DNA of 21,293 nt from Candidatus Thorarchaeota archaeon (GTDB lineage: Archaea > Asgardarchaeota > Heimdallarchaeia > Hodarchaeales > Hodarchaeaceae), in NCBI GenBank assembly GCA_048882505.1, contig JBHLRO010000038.1, positions 1 to 21,293 on the forward strand, in the 5' to 3' direction. Shown one piece after another: positions 1 through 9,501 of the stretch. Under the pieces are notes generated by a model. It was given only the letters and a program-made list of their open reading frames with translations, did not search any database and was not told the DNA's origin. Positions within the stretch are counted from its first letter, which is position 1, and the number at the start of each line of letters is the position of its first letter. Position numbers and translations under genes: made by a program.

Positions 1-2089
1 ATCCGTTCATGCACGTCAGAACTTACCTGACAAGGCATATGGCTACCTTAAGAGAGTTATAGTTACTCCCGCAGTTTAGCAGGGCTTAGGCCCGTTGGAC
101 CGAGCTTTCACGACCTGCCACTGTGCAGGATTCACACTGCGTTCACATCCTTTCGGACTAGCGCACTGCTATGTTTTTAGTAAACAGTTCGCCGCCCCTG
201 GTCTCTGCGAGGTGCGGGTGCCAGGGTTGCTGGCGCCACACCCATCCCTTATTCCGAGGGTACGAGACGATTTTGCCGAATTCCCTTAGGAGAATAACCT
301 CGAACACGCCTTGGGCTACTCACCCAGCACTCCTGTGTCGGTTCTGGGTACGAGCATGCGGAATCCGTCCGCGCGGCGTTTTCACGGGCGCGTCGACTTG
401 GCTGTAGCCGTCACTATTGGCAGCCTATTCCTTGATTCGCCTGGTTCTCAGCTTGACGCTACTTCCCAGGTTTCGCAAGTTAAGTAAGGTGGGGACCTTA
501 CACAACGTATCGGCGCGCGTCGGCCGTGCGGCCTCTGTCGCCATCGCATCCGCATGGTACGGGAATATAAACCCGTTTCCCTTTCGTGAAAGGCAGGTTA
601 AGCCTTCACTTAGGATCGACTTACCCTGGTCTGACGACCATTGACCAGGAACCCTAGTGCTTTCGGCGGAATGGATTCTCACCATTCTTTGCTGCATACT
701 ACTACTGGGATCTACAGTATTGGTTGGTCCAGAGGACATTTCTGCCCGCCTTCTATCCAGCCAACACGCCTGCATACCAGATTATGAGGGGACATACTCT
801 GGGGTATCGGGAGATAGGCTTAGCCCCGTCCATTTTCAGCGCGGTCAAACTTAACCGGTGAGCTGTTACGCACTCCTTAGACGATGGGAGCTTCTATTCC
901 TACGTTCCGGCTGTCTTCGTCCAGCCACAGCCTTCTGTTTAACACTTAGCCTACATTTAGGGCCCTTAACCCCAGGCTCGGTTGTTCCCGTTTCGGCTAT
1001 GGGGCTTACCCCCATATGCCCGTTTGCCGAGGTCAACATAGTCACCGCATTCGAAGTTTGAAAGGGGCCCAGAGATTTTACTCTCCAGGTGGCCCAATCC
1101 GGGCTCTACCACGGCGACCTACTCACTCGACACTGGACTATGGTCCACTTCTGCAGGAACCAGCTATCACCCGACTAGATTGGTCTTTTGCCCCTTCACG
1201 CAAGTCATAACGGCCAGTTGCACTTGAGCTCGTATTCGGCCCTCCAACAGGGTTTCCCCTGCCTTCAGCCTGCTCACGCGAAGATCGTCGGGTTTCTGGT
1301 ATTACCCCGGTGACTCCACGCCCTTTCAGACGTCGCACCTGGTCTGCCGAGGCAGGGTATGTGCGGTTGCTTTCGCTGCGGTTGCGTGGGGGAACCACTT
1401 AACCTTGCCACCGAGATAAACTCCCCAGCCCGTGTTTCGAGACGGAGGGGCCAACACCGCTCACCTTTTGTCAGCCTTCTCGTCGCCGAGAGGGCTTTCC
1501 AAGAGGTTCGAAGCTTTCGTGCTGGCCACGTCTATAACCATGCAATTTCAGGGTCTTTTCACCAGGATCGCTCCTTACTTTTCACCGTTCACTCACGTTA
1601 CTGTGCGCTATCGGTCACGGGGTGTATTTAGGGTTGGCGGTCACTGCCCGCCGGGTTCACGCGGAATATCCAATCCACGCTACTCGGGAGGTCTCCTACG
1701 GCTGGGGGCGTTACGTCTACGGGACTATCACCCTCTACGGTGCGGCTTTCCAGAGGTCTTTGACTTCCGACCACAGTCGATATGGAGGTCCCCAACACCA
1801 CATTTCCTGGCCATTACTGGCAGGATTCGGTTTGCCCTGATCCCATTTCACTCGCCGTTACTAAGGGAATCGCAATTGCTTTCTTTTCCACCGCCTAATA
1901 GGATGTTTCCATTCAGCGGGTTGCCTTACCTGACGGTATGACACCATCTATTAGATGCTGCCGGGAGGTCCCATTCGGAGATCCGCGGGTCTCAGTCTAC
2001 GTGCGACTCACCGCGGCATATCGCAGCTTGTCACGTCCTTCATCGGCACCCGTGCCCAGGCATCCATTGCATGGCGTAGTAGCTTGCTG
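1..2089 (-). rRNA. rrl: 23S (LSU) rRNA gene, 5' portion; continues beyond the left edge of the window
   Basis: The reverse complement contains conserved LSU segments: the 5' end 'AAGCTACTACGCCATGCAATGGATGCCTGGGC...GATGAAGGACGTG', the GTPase centre 'TAGAAGC...TAAGGAGTGCGTAACAGCTCAC', and the H69-H71 region 'GGGAGTAACTATAACTCTCTTAAGGTAGCC'. The 5' end is placed by alignment from memory to the bacterial/archaeal consensus (+/- a few nt). No intron was seen. Confidence 0.98.
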
Positions 2090-2465
2090 GTTTACTGAGA
2101 GCAGTCCTCTTTCGCCTAGTATTAGGATTCGAACAATCGATTGAGGATTTAGAGTGGGGAGGAATCGATCTGATGTCTGTACGCTGTTAAGACAATGGTC
2201 AGGGGATGATCGAAAAAAGAGAATTCCCGTCGCCAGGACGACCGCACCCGACTATTCGCCCACGACTGACGCCGTGGGGTACTTGGTATCGAAGTGGATA
2301 CAGGATGCTCCAGCTACGCTTGACCCACGCTTTAGGGAGAACGTTTCCTAACCGCTGGGGGGTTGTGAGGGGAATGTGCGGATCAGTGGAACCCGTCGTG
2401 TCCTCACCGTGACGAGGGGTTGCGGTTCCGCAGGGATATAAGCAGATAAGCTGGAACCAATCCCC

Positions 2466-2473
2466 TATTTAAA
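2466..2473 (-). promoter_or_regulatory. TATA box (TTTAAATA), probable promoter of the 23S rRNA precursor
   Basis: Perfect match to the archaeal TTTAWATA consensus on the - strand, about 380 nt upstream of the mature 23S 5' end and followed by a structured GC-rich leader. A weaker TTATAT lies at 2436-2441. Confidence 0.6.
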
Positions 2474-2802
2474 CCCTACTAGCGGAGGCCAAAGACCAAG
2501 TTAGTAGAATGAAAAGAGAGGAATGAAAGGGTTATAGGGGAATAGGAGAGGCGGGGAGGATAGGATCAAGGGCGGATGTGATTACTGGTAAAGAGGTTTA
2601 GGGGGAGTAGAATTGATACTTCTGAGGAAATCAGGGAGGAATAAGGTCATTCGATGGGTGGCAGGGTTCTAATTTGTCAAAAACACCAGAAGCGATGATT
2701 TCGAAATTCGACTTTAATTTTTAATGCAGTATATCTAAAGCAACTCACGTCCGATTCCTGGGATGAATCATCAGGAAGGTAAAAACTGGAAAAACAGAAA
2801 AG

Positions 2803-2985
2803 GTGACGAAAACGAAATTTGTTTGTCAGGAATGCGACCATGAACAGGCCGTTCCCATGCATTGTGGTAAGCCAATGCACATTGAAGTAGTGGAAGGAAA
2901 TGAAATGCTGGTCTGTTGGATGGGGCCTGGGTGTGGAAAGCAAGCCATACCTGTCCATCACGAAAATCCTATGAAATTGGTGTGA
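2803..2985 (+). CDS. Small Cys/His-rich putative metal-binding protein with two internal repeats (60 aa, GTG start)
   Basis: FVCQECDHEQAVPMHCGKPM and LVCWMGPGCGKQAIPVHHENPM are two copies of a C-x2-5-C...P-x-H-C/H-x2-P-M motif, resembling desulforedoxin or zinc-ribbon motifs. It lies 32 nt upstream of the ABC ATPase. Confidence 0.75.
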   Translation: MTKTKFVCQECDHEQAVPMHCGKPMHIEVVEGNEMLVCWMGPGCGKQAIPVHHENPMKLV

Positions 2986-3017
2986 CACAGCTACTGCAAC
3001 AAAGGAGTCATCCCTAT

Positions 3018-3680
3018 ATGATATCAGGCGAGGCCAACCCAGTCCTTGAAGCCACAGGCTTAAATTTTTCCTATAACAAAAAACAAGACCTAATCAAAGG
3101 TCTGGATATTCGGGTCATGCCTGGAGAAATCGTGGGAATTTCCGGGGAAAATGGGAGTGGAAAATCCACTCTACTTAAACTCTTGGTGGGTCTACTTAAA
3201 CCTCAAGGAGGAGCATTGGAGAAGAGTGGGAGAATTGGATATTCTCCCCAGGAACTCTTGCTTTTCGAAAATTTGACGATATTAGAGAATTTCAGGGTGT
3301 TTGGCAAGGGTATGGGTTTGAAACAAACCGAGATTGACCATGAGGTCGACCAAATCCTGCAACAGCTCCACTATTCCCGCTACAAAAATACGCTCGTAAA
3401 AAACCTGAGCGGAGGAACTGCCCAGAAAGCGAATTTTGGGATCTCATTGTTAGGTGATCCAACGGTTTTGATCCTTGATGAACCGTATCAAGGGATGGAT
3501 TACGCCTCATTCAGTGCTTTTTGGGACTTACAGTACGAACTCCGCAAGAAAGGGAAAGCAATAGTTATCGTGTCCCATCTGATAGAGGATAAAACCAAGT
3601 TTACCAGATCATTGCATTTGATTAATGGTAGGCTTCAAACATGTCCCCAAAGGGAATGTCCGATGTGTGCTGGGAAGTAA
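3018..3680 (+). CDS. ABC transporter ATP-binding protein (ABC-2/DrrA-like exporter)
   Basis: Walker A GENGSGKST, signature LSGG, Walker B ILDEP and H-loop VSH are present. The start is reassigned to ATG 3018 because the track's 2916 start overlaps the miniprotein. Confidence 0.95.
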   Translation: MISGEANPVLEATGLNFSYNKKQDLIKGLDIRVMPGEIVGISGENGSGKSTLLKLLVGLLKPQGGALEKSGRIGYSPQELLLFENLTILENFRVFGKGMGLKQTEIDHEVDQILQQLHYSRYKNTLVKNLSGGTAQKANFGISLLGDPTVLILDEPYQGMDYASFSAFWDLQYELRKKGKAIVIVSHLIEDKTKFTRSLHLINGRLQTCPQRECPMCAGK

Positions 3681-3687
3681 AGCGAGT

Positions 3688-4470
3688 ATGGCAAGCGGCA
3701 TCCTGATTATAGCTAAAGCGGTATTAAAAACAATGGTGCGGCAAAAATCGATTATATTTAGTTGCTTCATATTGCCGATTTTGACGATTTGGTCGATATG
3801 GTGGATTACAGCAGATGTACTAATGATTTTCAATCTTGAGAATGGTCAAGAAATATCCGCTACAATGATTAATGTACACATTGTAACTGGAGGATTAACG
3901 GCAGTAGCGATAACAGCTGGTCTTTTTGGCTTTATAATTACCGCCGATAGTCGCAGACTGGCAGATCGACTTCGGCTTGTAGGTTATCGACTGTCTACAA
4001 TTAACCTTGGATGGTTTGCCGCCTTGTTGGTTGTATTATTAATCTCCGCGATTGTTGCCTCGGTATTGACCATTGTATTGTATGAACCAGTTTCCGTGAT
4101 AGGGGTGGTATGTGCAATTGTCTTAACCACAATTGTCTATGCAGCTTTTGGGTATTTTCTCGGTATTCTTTATCCCAAAGTGATGGAGGGAACTTTAATT
4201 GTATTATTGGTGTCATTCATTGACCTGATGCTGCTCAGCAATCCGATGGGAGAAAGCTTATACCTGGTTTCTTGGACCAAATATCTTCCTGGATTTTGGC
4301 CAACCCAAATGGTATTGGAAACAGCTTTCATTGGCATTTCAGCAGAAATTCTTATTCAGATTGGATTTATTCTGAGTTATTGTATTATACTAATCCTTTC
4401 GGCTCAATTCCTTCGATTTTTGACAGAAAGCTATGTCTGGAATATTATGAGAAGAGGTGCTAGAACTTGA
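3688..4470 (+). CDS. ABC-2 type exporter permease
   Basis: About six hydrophobic segments in an ABC-2 layout. ATG 3688 lies 7 nt after the ATPase stop. Confidence 0.85.
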   Translation: MASGILIIAKAVLKTMVRQKSIIFSCFILPILTIWSIWWITADVLMIFNLENGQEISATMINVHIVTGGLTAVAITAGLFGFIITADSRRLADRLRLVGYRLSTINLGWFAALLVVLLISAIVASVLTIVLYEPVSVIGVVCAIVLTTIVYAAFGYFLGILYPKVMEGTLIVLLVSFIDLMLLSNPMGESLYLVSWTKYLPGFWPTQMVLETAFIGISAEILIQIGFILSYCIILILSAQFLRFLTESYVWNIMRRGART

Positions 4471-5213
4471 GTACTGTTATCAACTTAAGTGCGGGGATTG
4501 TGAAGAATTTCGCTCGCGAAAAAGCCATTGTACTTTTGCTGCTCATGTTCCCTATTTTAATGGTTATCATGGCAGTTGCCAGTGCTCCTGACTCCATGGT
4601 TCCATTAGAACTTGATGACACGTTAGTATTACCCCCTCCCAGTGGAGAAGAGGTTGCAGTTATTCTTTACTCTATAACCGCTCTTGTGTTTGTAACTTCA
4701 ATCACCAGCTTCTTCGTGAGTTTTCAATTGCGCTCAGTTGTTCCTAGACTCCGTATCCTGGGGTACTCAAATTTCAAAATTATCGCATCTTTCGTGCTAG
4801 TTGTAGTTCTGATTAGTGCTCTTTCAACAATCGCTATCACAATCGTTGGAACACAGTGGGTTTCTCCAATAGATTGGGGAGGATATATATTCTCCCTATT
4901 TGCAGGAGCGATCATCTTTTCCACAATTGGCCTCATAGTCGCGGAGCTTGTCGACTCAAAAGAACTCGGGCTCTATCTGATCCTAACTCTAGGTGCAATT
5001 GACACGGGTTTCTTAGAAAATCCGATATATTCGCAACGATACAATGACCCAGGATTAGCAATTATGCCCGGGAACGTACCTATTCACATGCTACTTCGAG
5101 CCTCATTTGAAACAAGTAAATCTTGGATGGTAGGCTTGCAAGCGATTGTTCTCTATGAAATATTTCTCATTGGGATCTATTTAGTGGTCAAGCGTCTATT
5201 TCGATCGTCCTAA
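4467..5213 (+). CDS. ABC-2 type exporter permease (second subunit)
   Basis: Multi-TM protein resembling the preceding permease. Its TTG start overlaps the upstream TGA stop (TTGA), indicating translational coupling. Confidence 0.85.
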   Translation: MSTVINLSAGIVKNFAREKAIVLLLLMFPILMVIMAVASAPDSMVPLELDDTLVLPPPSGEEVAVILYSITALVFVTSITSFFVSFQLRSVVPRLRILGYSNFKIIASFVLVVVLISALSTIAITIVGTQWVSPIDWGGYIFSLFAGAIIFSTIGLIVAELVDSKELGLYLILTLGAIDTGFLENPIYSQRYNDPGLAIMPGNVPIHMLLRASFETSKSWMVGLQAIVLYEIFLIGIYLVVKRLFRSS

Positions 5214-5231
5214 GGAAGGAATTGGTAGCGA

Positions 5232-5265
5232 TTTCTTTCTTTTAAATAACCTCCTTTAGTTTTTT
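5232..5265 (+). terminator. Oligo-T tracts, putative archaeal terminator of the ABC operon
   Basis: TTTCTTTCTTTT and TTTTTT tracts 20-50 nt after the stop codon at 5213. Confidence 0.4.
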
Positions 5266-5749
5266 AATCGGGATCTCAAAAGGATTTGGAGAATTCGCAA
5301 TCTGTGGATTAACGTACTAAGAATAATCGTAGAATAGCAGTCCATGGAGAAATTAGAGCCTGTAGGACATGTATGGATGCGCGTGGACTGTCGCGCCTTC
5401 CTCTTCCAGAAGGGGTTAAGCGAGGCACAATGGAGGAATTAACGAGTCGGATTCTTGTTAGCGAGAAAGTAATCACCGTCTAATTAGGAATAAGAATCAG
5501 TAATTTCCTCTTTATTTGTCTGATATGGCACCTTGGTGCCATCGGGCGGGCAGCTCGCTGGAACAGTTTCCAGCGACGAGGTGGTTGTTTGAGGAGCTGT
5601 TCGCTTGGTGTGGGGTATTGGGGAACATTGTGTGATGACATTAAACGCAGCCAGAAAAAGATAGGGGGGAATAAAAGGGATGAGGAACTGAGAAAAAGGT
5701 AGGGAAAAGAATCACCAGATAGGGACTGGGAATGAAGGAGAAAGCAAGG

Positions 5750-6160
5750 TTAGGGGGGGATAATATTCCATTTTTTGGCCCAATCATCCAGCTGTTTAAA
5801 GCTGTGGACGAGTTCGATGCCTTTGAGACTCAGGGAATAAACCACTTTTGGGGGAATTTCGTTAAATTGGGTTCTATGGATAATGCCGTATTTTCTTAAC
5901 TCTCGAAGCCGTTTAGCGAGGGTACGGGGGCTGATATCGCCGCATTTCTTGTTTAGTTCATTGAACCGTAATGATTCATGAAAACCCAAACTGCGGAGAA
6001 TTATCAGGGTCCATTTTCTGCTAAGAATTTCGATAACTTCGGTGATCCCGCAGGGCTCTTCTTCGAAAGGTTCTTCAGACGGAAGATGGGGGGTTGAAGA
6101 TTCAGGAGGCTCGGATTTGGAGGAACTAGTGGAAACGTCTCGTGCCATATTACGGGGCAT
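5750..6160 (-). CDS. HxlR/DUF24-family winged-helix transcriptional regulator
   Basis: Motifs C-GITEVIEILSRKWTLIIL, LRFNEL, ISPRTLAKRLREL and EIPPKVVYSLS..G are present. The N-terminal Cys is in the position of the YodB/HypR/QsrR sensor cysteine. The start may be 6148 instead. Confidence 0.93.
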   Translation of the reverse strand: MPRNMARDVSTSSSKSEPPESSTPHLPSEEPFEEEPCGITEVIEILSRKWTLIILRSLGFHESLRFNELNKKCGDISPRTLAKRLRELRKYGIIHRTQFNEIPPKVVYSLSLKGIELVHSFKQLDDWAKKWNIIPP

Positions 6161-6214
6161 CCATTTACTTTTTGGGAAAATAGTTGCTTCAGCAGAAGAT
6201 ACTTACTACAATGC

Positions 6215-6236
6215 TATACTCTGTACAGTATATAAA
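6215..6236. promoter_or_regulatory. Palindromic operator candidate TATACT-N6-AGTATA overlapping a TATA element in the hxlR/doxX divergent region
   Basis: Perfect 6-bp inverted repeat (6215-6220 / 6227-6232) abutting TATATAAA (6229-6236). A second inverted repeat, CAGTT-N6-AACTG (6268-6283), covers another TTTATAA. Confidence 0.5.
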
Positions 6237-6301
6237 CTTTCTATAGTGGGATTGAAATACTAGATATCAGTTTTTTATAACTGGTGGTAGGTGAAAATGG
6301 T

Positions 6302-6715
6302 ATGGCAGATCCATTATATGCAATCATCTTTTTGATTGGGCGAATAATAGTTGGAGCGTTCTACCTGTATAATGCTTGGAATCATTTCAAGAATGTGAGC
6401 ATGTTACAGGGTTATGCAGGGTCAAAAGGGGTTCCATCACCAAGGTTGGCGGTGCAGTTCACAGGACTGTTATTGGCCATTGCGGGAATTACCTTTATTT
6501 TAGGAGTTTTCCCAGAAATTGGAGTACTAAGTCTCGTAGCGTTCTTTGTCCCCGTGAATCTCATGATGCATAACTTCTGGGCAATAGAAGATGCGCAAAT
6601 GAAGGCCGCGGAAAGAGTTCAATTTATGAAGAACCTGGCATTGTTGGGATCGGCATTAATGTTTCTAGCGGTTCCAACACCTTGGAGTTACAGTTTGTTG
6701 AATCTCGGGCCATAA
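6302..6715 (+). CDS. DoxX-family membrane protein (putative quinone/electrophile stress)
   Basis: LIGRIIVG...AWNHF, HNFW and QFMKNLALLG are DoxX motifs, and there are four TM segments. The start is reassigned to ATG 6302. Confidence 0.92.
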   Translation: MADPLYAIIFLIGRIIVGAFYLYNAWNHFKNVSMLQGYAGSKGVPSPRLAVQFTGLLLAIAGITFILGVFPEIGVLSLVAFFVPVNLMMHNFWAIEDAQMKAAERVQFMKNLALLGSALMFLAVPTPWSYSLLNLGP

Positions 6716-7086
6716 GTTTCGTGAATAAAAGGGACAACTCGCCAATCAAAAACAACCTATTAATGGGCGAATCTTTCCCTCCTGAGCTCAGTGACTATTA
6801 CCCTCAGAACAGATGGAGGGTGCCCATTTTCATTCTTTTTTCTATATCCTGAATGGAGAGAAATCATAGAAGGGGATGAAGCTTCGAAAAAAAGAGAAAA
6901 AATCGCGTGATGCATATGGGGCTACGGCTAAGCAGCTAGATACATCAAGCGGGTGACCACGGATTGTGTTAGGTAGTTGGATTTTCCGCTATAAAGTTAG
7001 TTATCATCTGCGCCTACGAGGTTCAATACTCACTTCATAAATCGCCAAGCCTTTTTATGCCACCCAGGATCCAGGACAGGTATCGT

Positions 7087-8445
7087 ATGAAAATTCAGAA
7101 CATCCGTGACCTGATCTATCAGGCGAAATATCAAGAAGCGTTATCACAAATAGAAGAATTAGACCCTAAGGCGGAGGCGATGGGACTATTACTCAAAAGT
7201 CGGATTTTTGTCTTGCGGGAAGAATATCAGCAGGCGATTAGGGCGGCAAATGAAGCTTTTCAGAAGAACAAGGGGATAGGGGATAGGTACCAGGATTTGG
7301 GGGCTGTAGTGATGAAGAGTTATGCCTTATACCGTTTTGGTAAAGTTACTGAAGCCTCTGAGCTGCTTGAGGAGGGTCAGGAATTACTTGGCTCGTTAGA
7401 GAATGGAAAAGAATGGGAATGTCTCCTATATGACGTAAAAGCCCGGGTTTGCTGGACCTTGGGAGATCTCAACCAGGCGCTGTTATTTTCATATAAATCC
7501 CTAGCAGCTGCGGAGGAATTCAAGGATAAATTTCAAATTGCGGAGTCTTTTTCACTGGTGGGCCTGATGCATCGGTCACGGGGGGAGCTTGATCAGTCAA
7601 TATCATATTTAGACCGGGCATTTTCCTTGGCGCGGGAGGCAGGATACCGTTATCTTGAAAGTTATTCGCGACATGTGATCGGGGTTACCTATTTTTATCA
7701 AGGTGATTATGCTAACGCCTTGAGCTCCTTTGAACAGTGTATGACCATTGATGAAGAAGATGACAAATATGATCAGATATCTTGCAGTCTATTTCACATG
7801 GTTCTCACTAGTCTGGAGATGGGGGAAAGAGATCAAGCGCAGGTTTACTTGAAAAAGCTTGAGGAAGTGAAACGAAACAAAGGTTCCGACAATCGTTACA
7901 TCGATCTACGGCAAAGATTGGCATATGCGTTGGTATTGAAAAATGGCCGCCGTCTAAAAGACAAGACTGATGCACAACGAATCCTTGAGGAAATCATCCA
8001 CGAAGAAATCATCTTACATGATCTCTCAATCTATGCGATGGTGAATCTTTGCGAGTTATTGCTTGACGAATTATCTCTCTATGGAGAACCTGAGGTTCTA
8101 ACAGAGGCGGAAAACCTTTCGACCAAAATTCACGGGATTGCCCAGGAGCAAAAATCTTTTTCCTTGGCGGTGGAGGCGCTACTACTTCTTTCGCGGTTTG
8201 CGTTAATCCGAGGTAATATAACACGGACAGATACCCTTCTTGCACAGGCGGAGTCTATCACGACAGAACAGAATTTAAGAAAATTAGCTGAAAAGGTTAT
8301 GGATGATCAAACCGTCCTCAAGGAAATGTTGGAAAAATCTGAAGAAATGCTGTCAAAAGGAGCGTCCATTCATGAACGGATGAAGGCCGTCCGATTAAAT
8401 GAATATATTGCCCGAATGAAAAATATTGTTCGTACTCATGGGTAG
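7087..8445 (+). CDS. Tetratricopeptide-repeat (TPR) protein
   Basis: Consecutive ~40-aa TPR-like helical pairs (e.g. LGDLNQALLFSYKSLAAAEE, RGELDQSISYLDRAFSLARE, QGDYANALSSFEQCMTIDEE) followed by a helical C-terminal region (NLCELLLDEL). The start is either 7057 or 7087. Confidence 0.88.
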   Translation: MKIQNIRDLIYQAKYQEALSQIEELDPKAEAMGLLLKSRIFVLREEYQQAIRAANEAFQKNKGIGDRYQDLGAVVMKSYALYRFGKVTEASELLEEGQELLGSLENGKEWECLLYDVKARVCWTLGDLNQALLFSYKSLAAAEEFKDKFQIAESFSLVGLMHRSRGELDQSISYLDRAFSLAREAGYRYLESYSRHVIGVTYFYQGDYANALSSFEQCMTIDEEDDKYDQISCSLFHMVLTSLEMGERDQAQVYLKKLEEVKRNKGSDNRYIDLRQRLAYALVLKNGRRLKDKTDAQRILEEIIHEEIILHDLSIYAMVNLCELLLDELSLYGEPEVLTEAENLSTKIHGIAQEQKSFSLAVEALLLLSRFALIRGNITRTDTLLAQAESITTEQNLRKLAEKVMDDQTVLKEMLEKSEEMLSKGASIHERMKAVRLNEYIARMKNIVRTHG

Positions 8446-8583
8446 TCTCCGACAGAGACCTCCCGTAGATCGAAATCATTGGTGGTTATATAGAAGGATG
8501 GGGATGGAGTAATAGTGATTAGCGCTTGAATTGAACTACTTTCACCCTCCTGCGGGAGTAAGTGTGTGGAGAACTAGTCAGCA

Positions 8584-9489
8584 ATGGAAATTGCAGAGAA
8601 AGCTGGAAGGTTGGTGACAGATTTTGTAGCTAGTCTGGAGGATCATCCAAATGGGGCCGAATTAATCACATTAGTAGAAAGGGTATTGGCAGCCGAGGGT
8701 CAAAAAGTGGATCCCGCGGTGATCGCCAATTTGAAGCAGCTGAGTAATAACAATCTCGCGCTGCTGGTAGATTTCTGGATTTTGAGGGGACATATAATGA
8801 GAGAAGAGGGACATGAACAAGCGGCGTTTAAAACGTTTATGGAAGCGACCCAATGGGAGCCAAGAAATCTGGGTACATGGATGCGATTAGTCGATATATT
8901 TATTGACGGGAATGAGCTGCTTAAGGCCATGTTTGTTCTTCAACAGGCCCAAGAAATGCTGGGCATGGATAATCGTCTACAGGAGGTAATGGCACAGATA
9001 GAGGGGCACGTACGGGCTGGGTTAAGTCATCCCCCGGGGATAGATGCGAAGTCGAAACCAGAGGTATCATCGGTACCAGTACCTACCCTCGAGGAGTCCC
9101 ACCAACCAAGGGGGGTAGTCAAAGGGTTGCAGGTTGCGGATGGAACGGTGGCTCCAGGGGGGAGTAGAATGGATCTGCGGAAAGATGTGGAGGTTGACAA
9201 GGTCTGGGAGTTGGCACTGGAATGTTATGAAGGCGCCCAGGGAGAAAATCTAGTCTATCGACATGCCTTTGTTCATTATGCTCATGCCACAGTTAGAAAG
9301 CTTTTAGGGATCGAGGGAAAGTTTGCAGATGAGCTAGAACGGAAAGTGGCACAGTTTGGGTTGTTTAACAAGAAAAATTTTTTCAAGTGGCTCAACCATC
9401 TGCGGAACAAGGTTTCTCATGAGGACTACATGCCGACCCCGGAGGAGATCAGGCGAGTGTACGCAGAGGTGAGTGCCCTAGTTGGCTAG
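8584..9489 (+). CDS. TPR + C-terminal HEPN-like domain protein (putative RNase)
   Basis: A TPR pair (GHIMREEGHEQAAFKTFMEATQWEPRNLGTWMRL), a low-complexity linker, then a helical domain with an R-x4-H motif, LRNKVSH (R...H at 9403-9420), followed by PTPEEIRR. Confidence 0.7.
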   Translation: MEIAEKAGRLVTDFVASLEDHPNGAELITLVERVLAAEGQKVDPAVIANLKQLSNNNLALLVDFWILRGHIMREEGHEQAAFKTFMEATQWEPRNLGTWMRLVDIFIDGNELLKAMFVLQQAQEMLGMDNRLQEVMAQIEGHVRAGLSHPPGIDAKSKPEVSSVPVPTLEESHQPRGVVKGLQVADGTVAPGGSRMDLRKDVEVDKVWELALECYEGAQGENLVYRHAFVHYAHATVRKLLGIEGKFADELERKVAQFGLFNKKNFFKWLNHLRNKVSHEDYMPTPEEIRRVYAEVSALVG

Positions 9490-9501
9490 GGAAGAACGAT
9501 T

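Noticed and set aside
1380-1530. Possible supersized rRNA expansion segments (ES7/ES9 regions) of the kind reported in some Asgard LSU rRNAs
   Set aside because: By eye, the H25 region (~80 nt) and the H31 region look like ordinary archaeal size. ES39 lies outside the window. A proper alignment would be needed to claim more.
95-2412. Many short ORFs (64-169 aa) overlapping the 23S rRNA gene and its leader
   Set aside because: These are chance frames in GC-rich rRNA and leader sequence with no protein motifs.
5500-5660. SECIS element, SRP RNA or RNase P RNA in the ABC-hxlR intergenic region
   Set aside because: No diagnostic motifs are visible and no neighbouring gene has an in-frame UGA.
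6801-6810. CCCTCAGAAC matching part of the right-junction 16-mer; TCTGAGGG at 15398-15405 also matches
   Set aside because: Isolated 8-10-bp matches can arise by chance in 21 kb and there is no supporting context.
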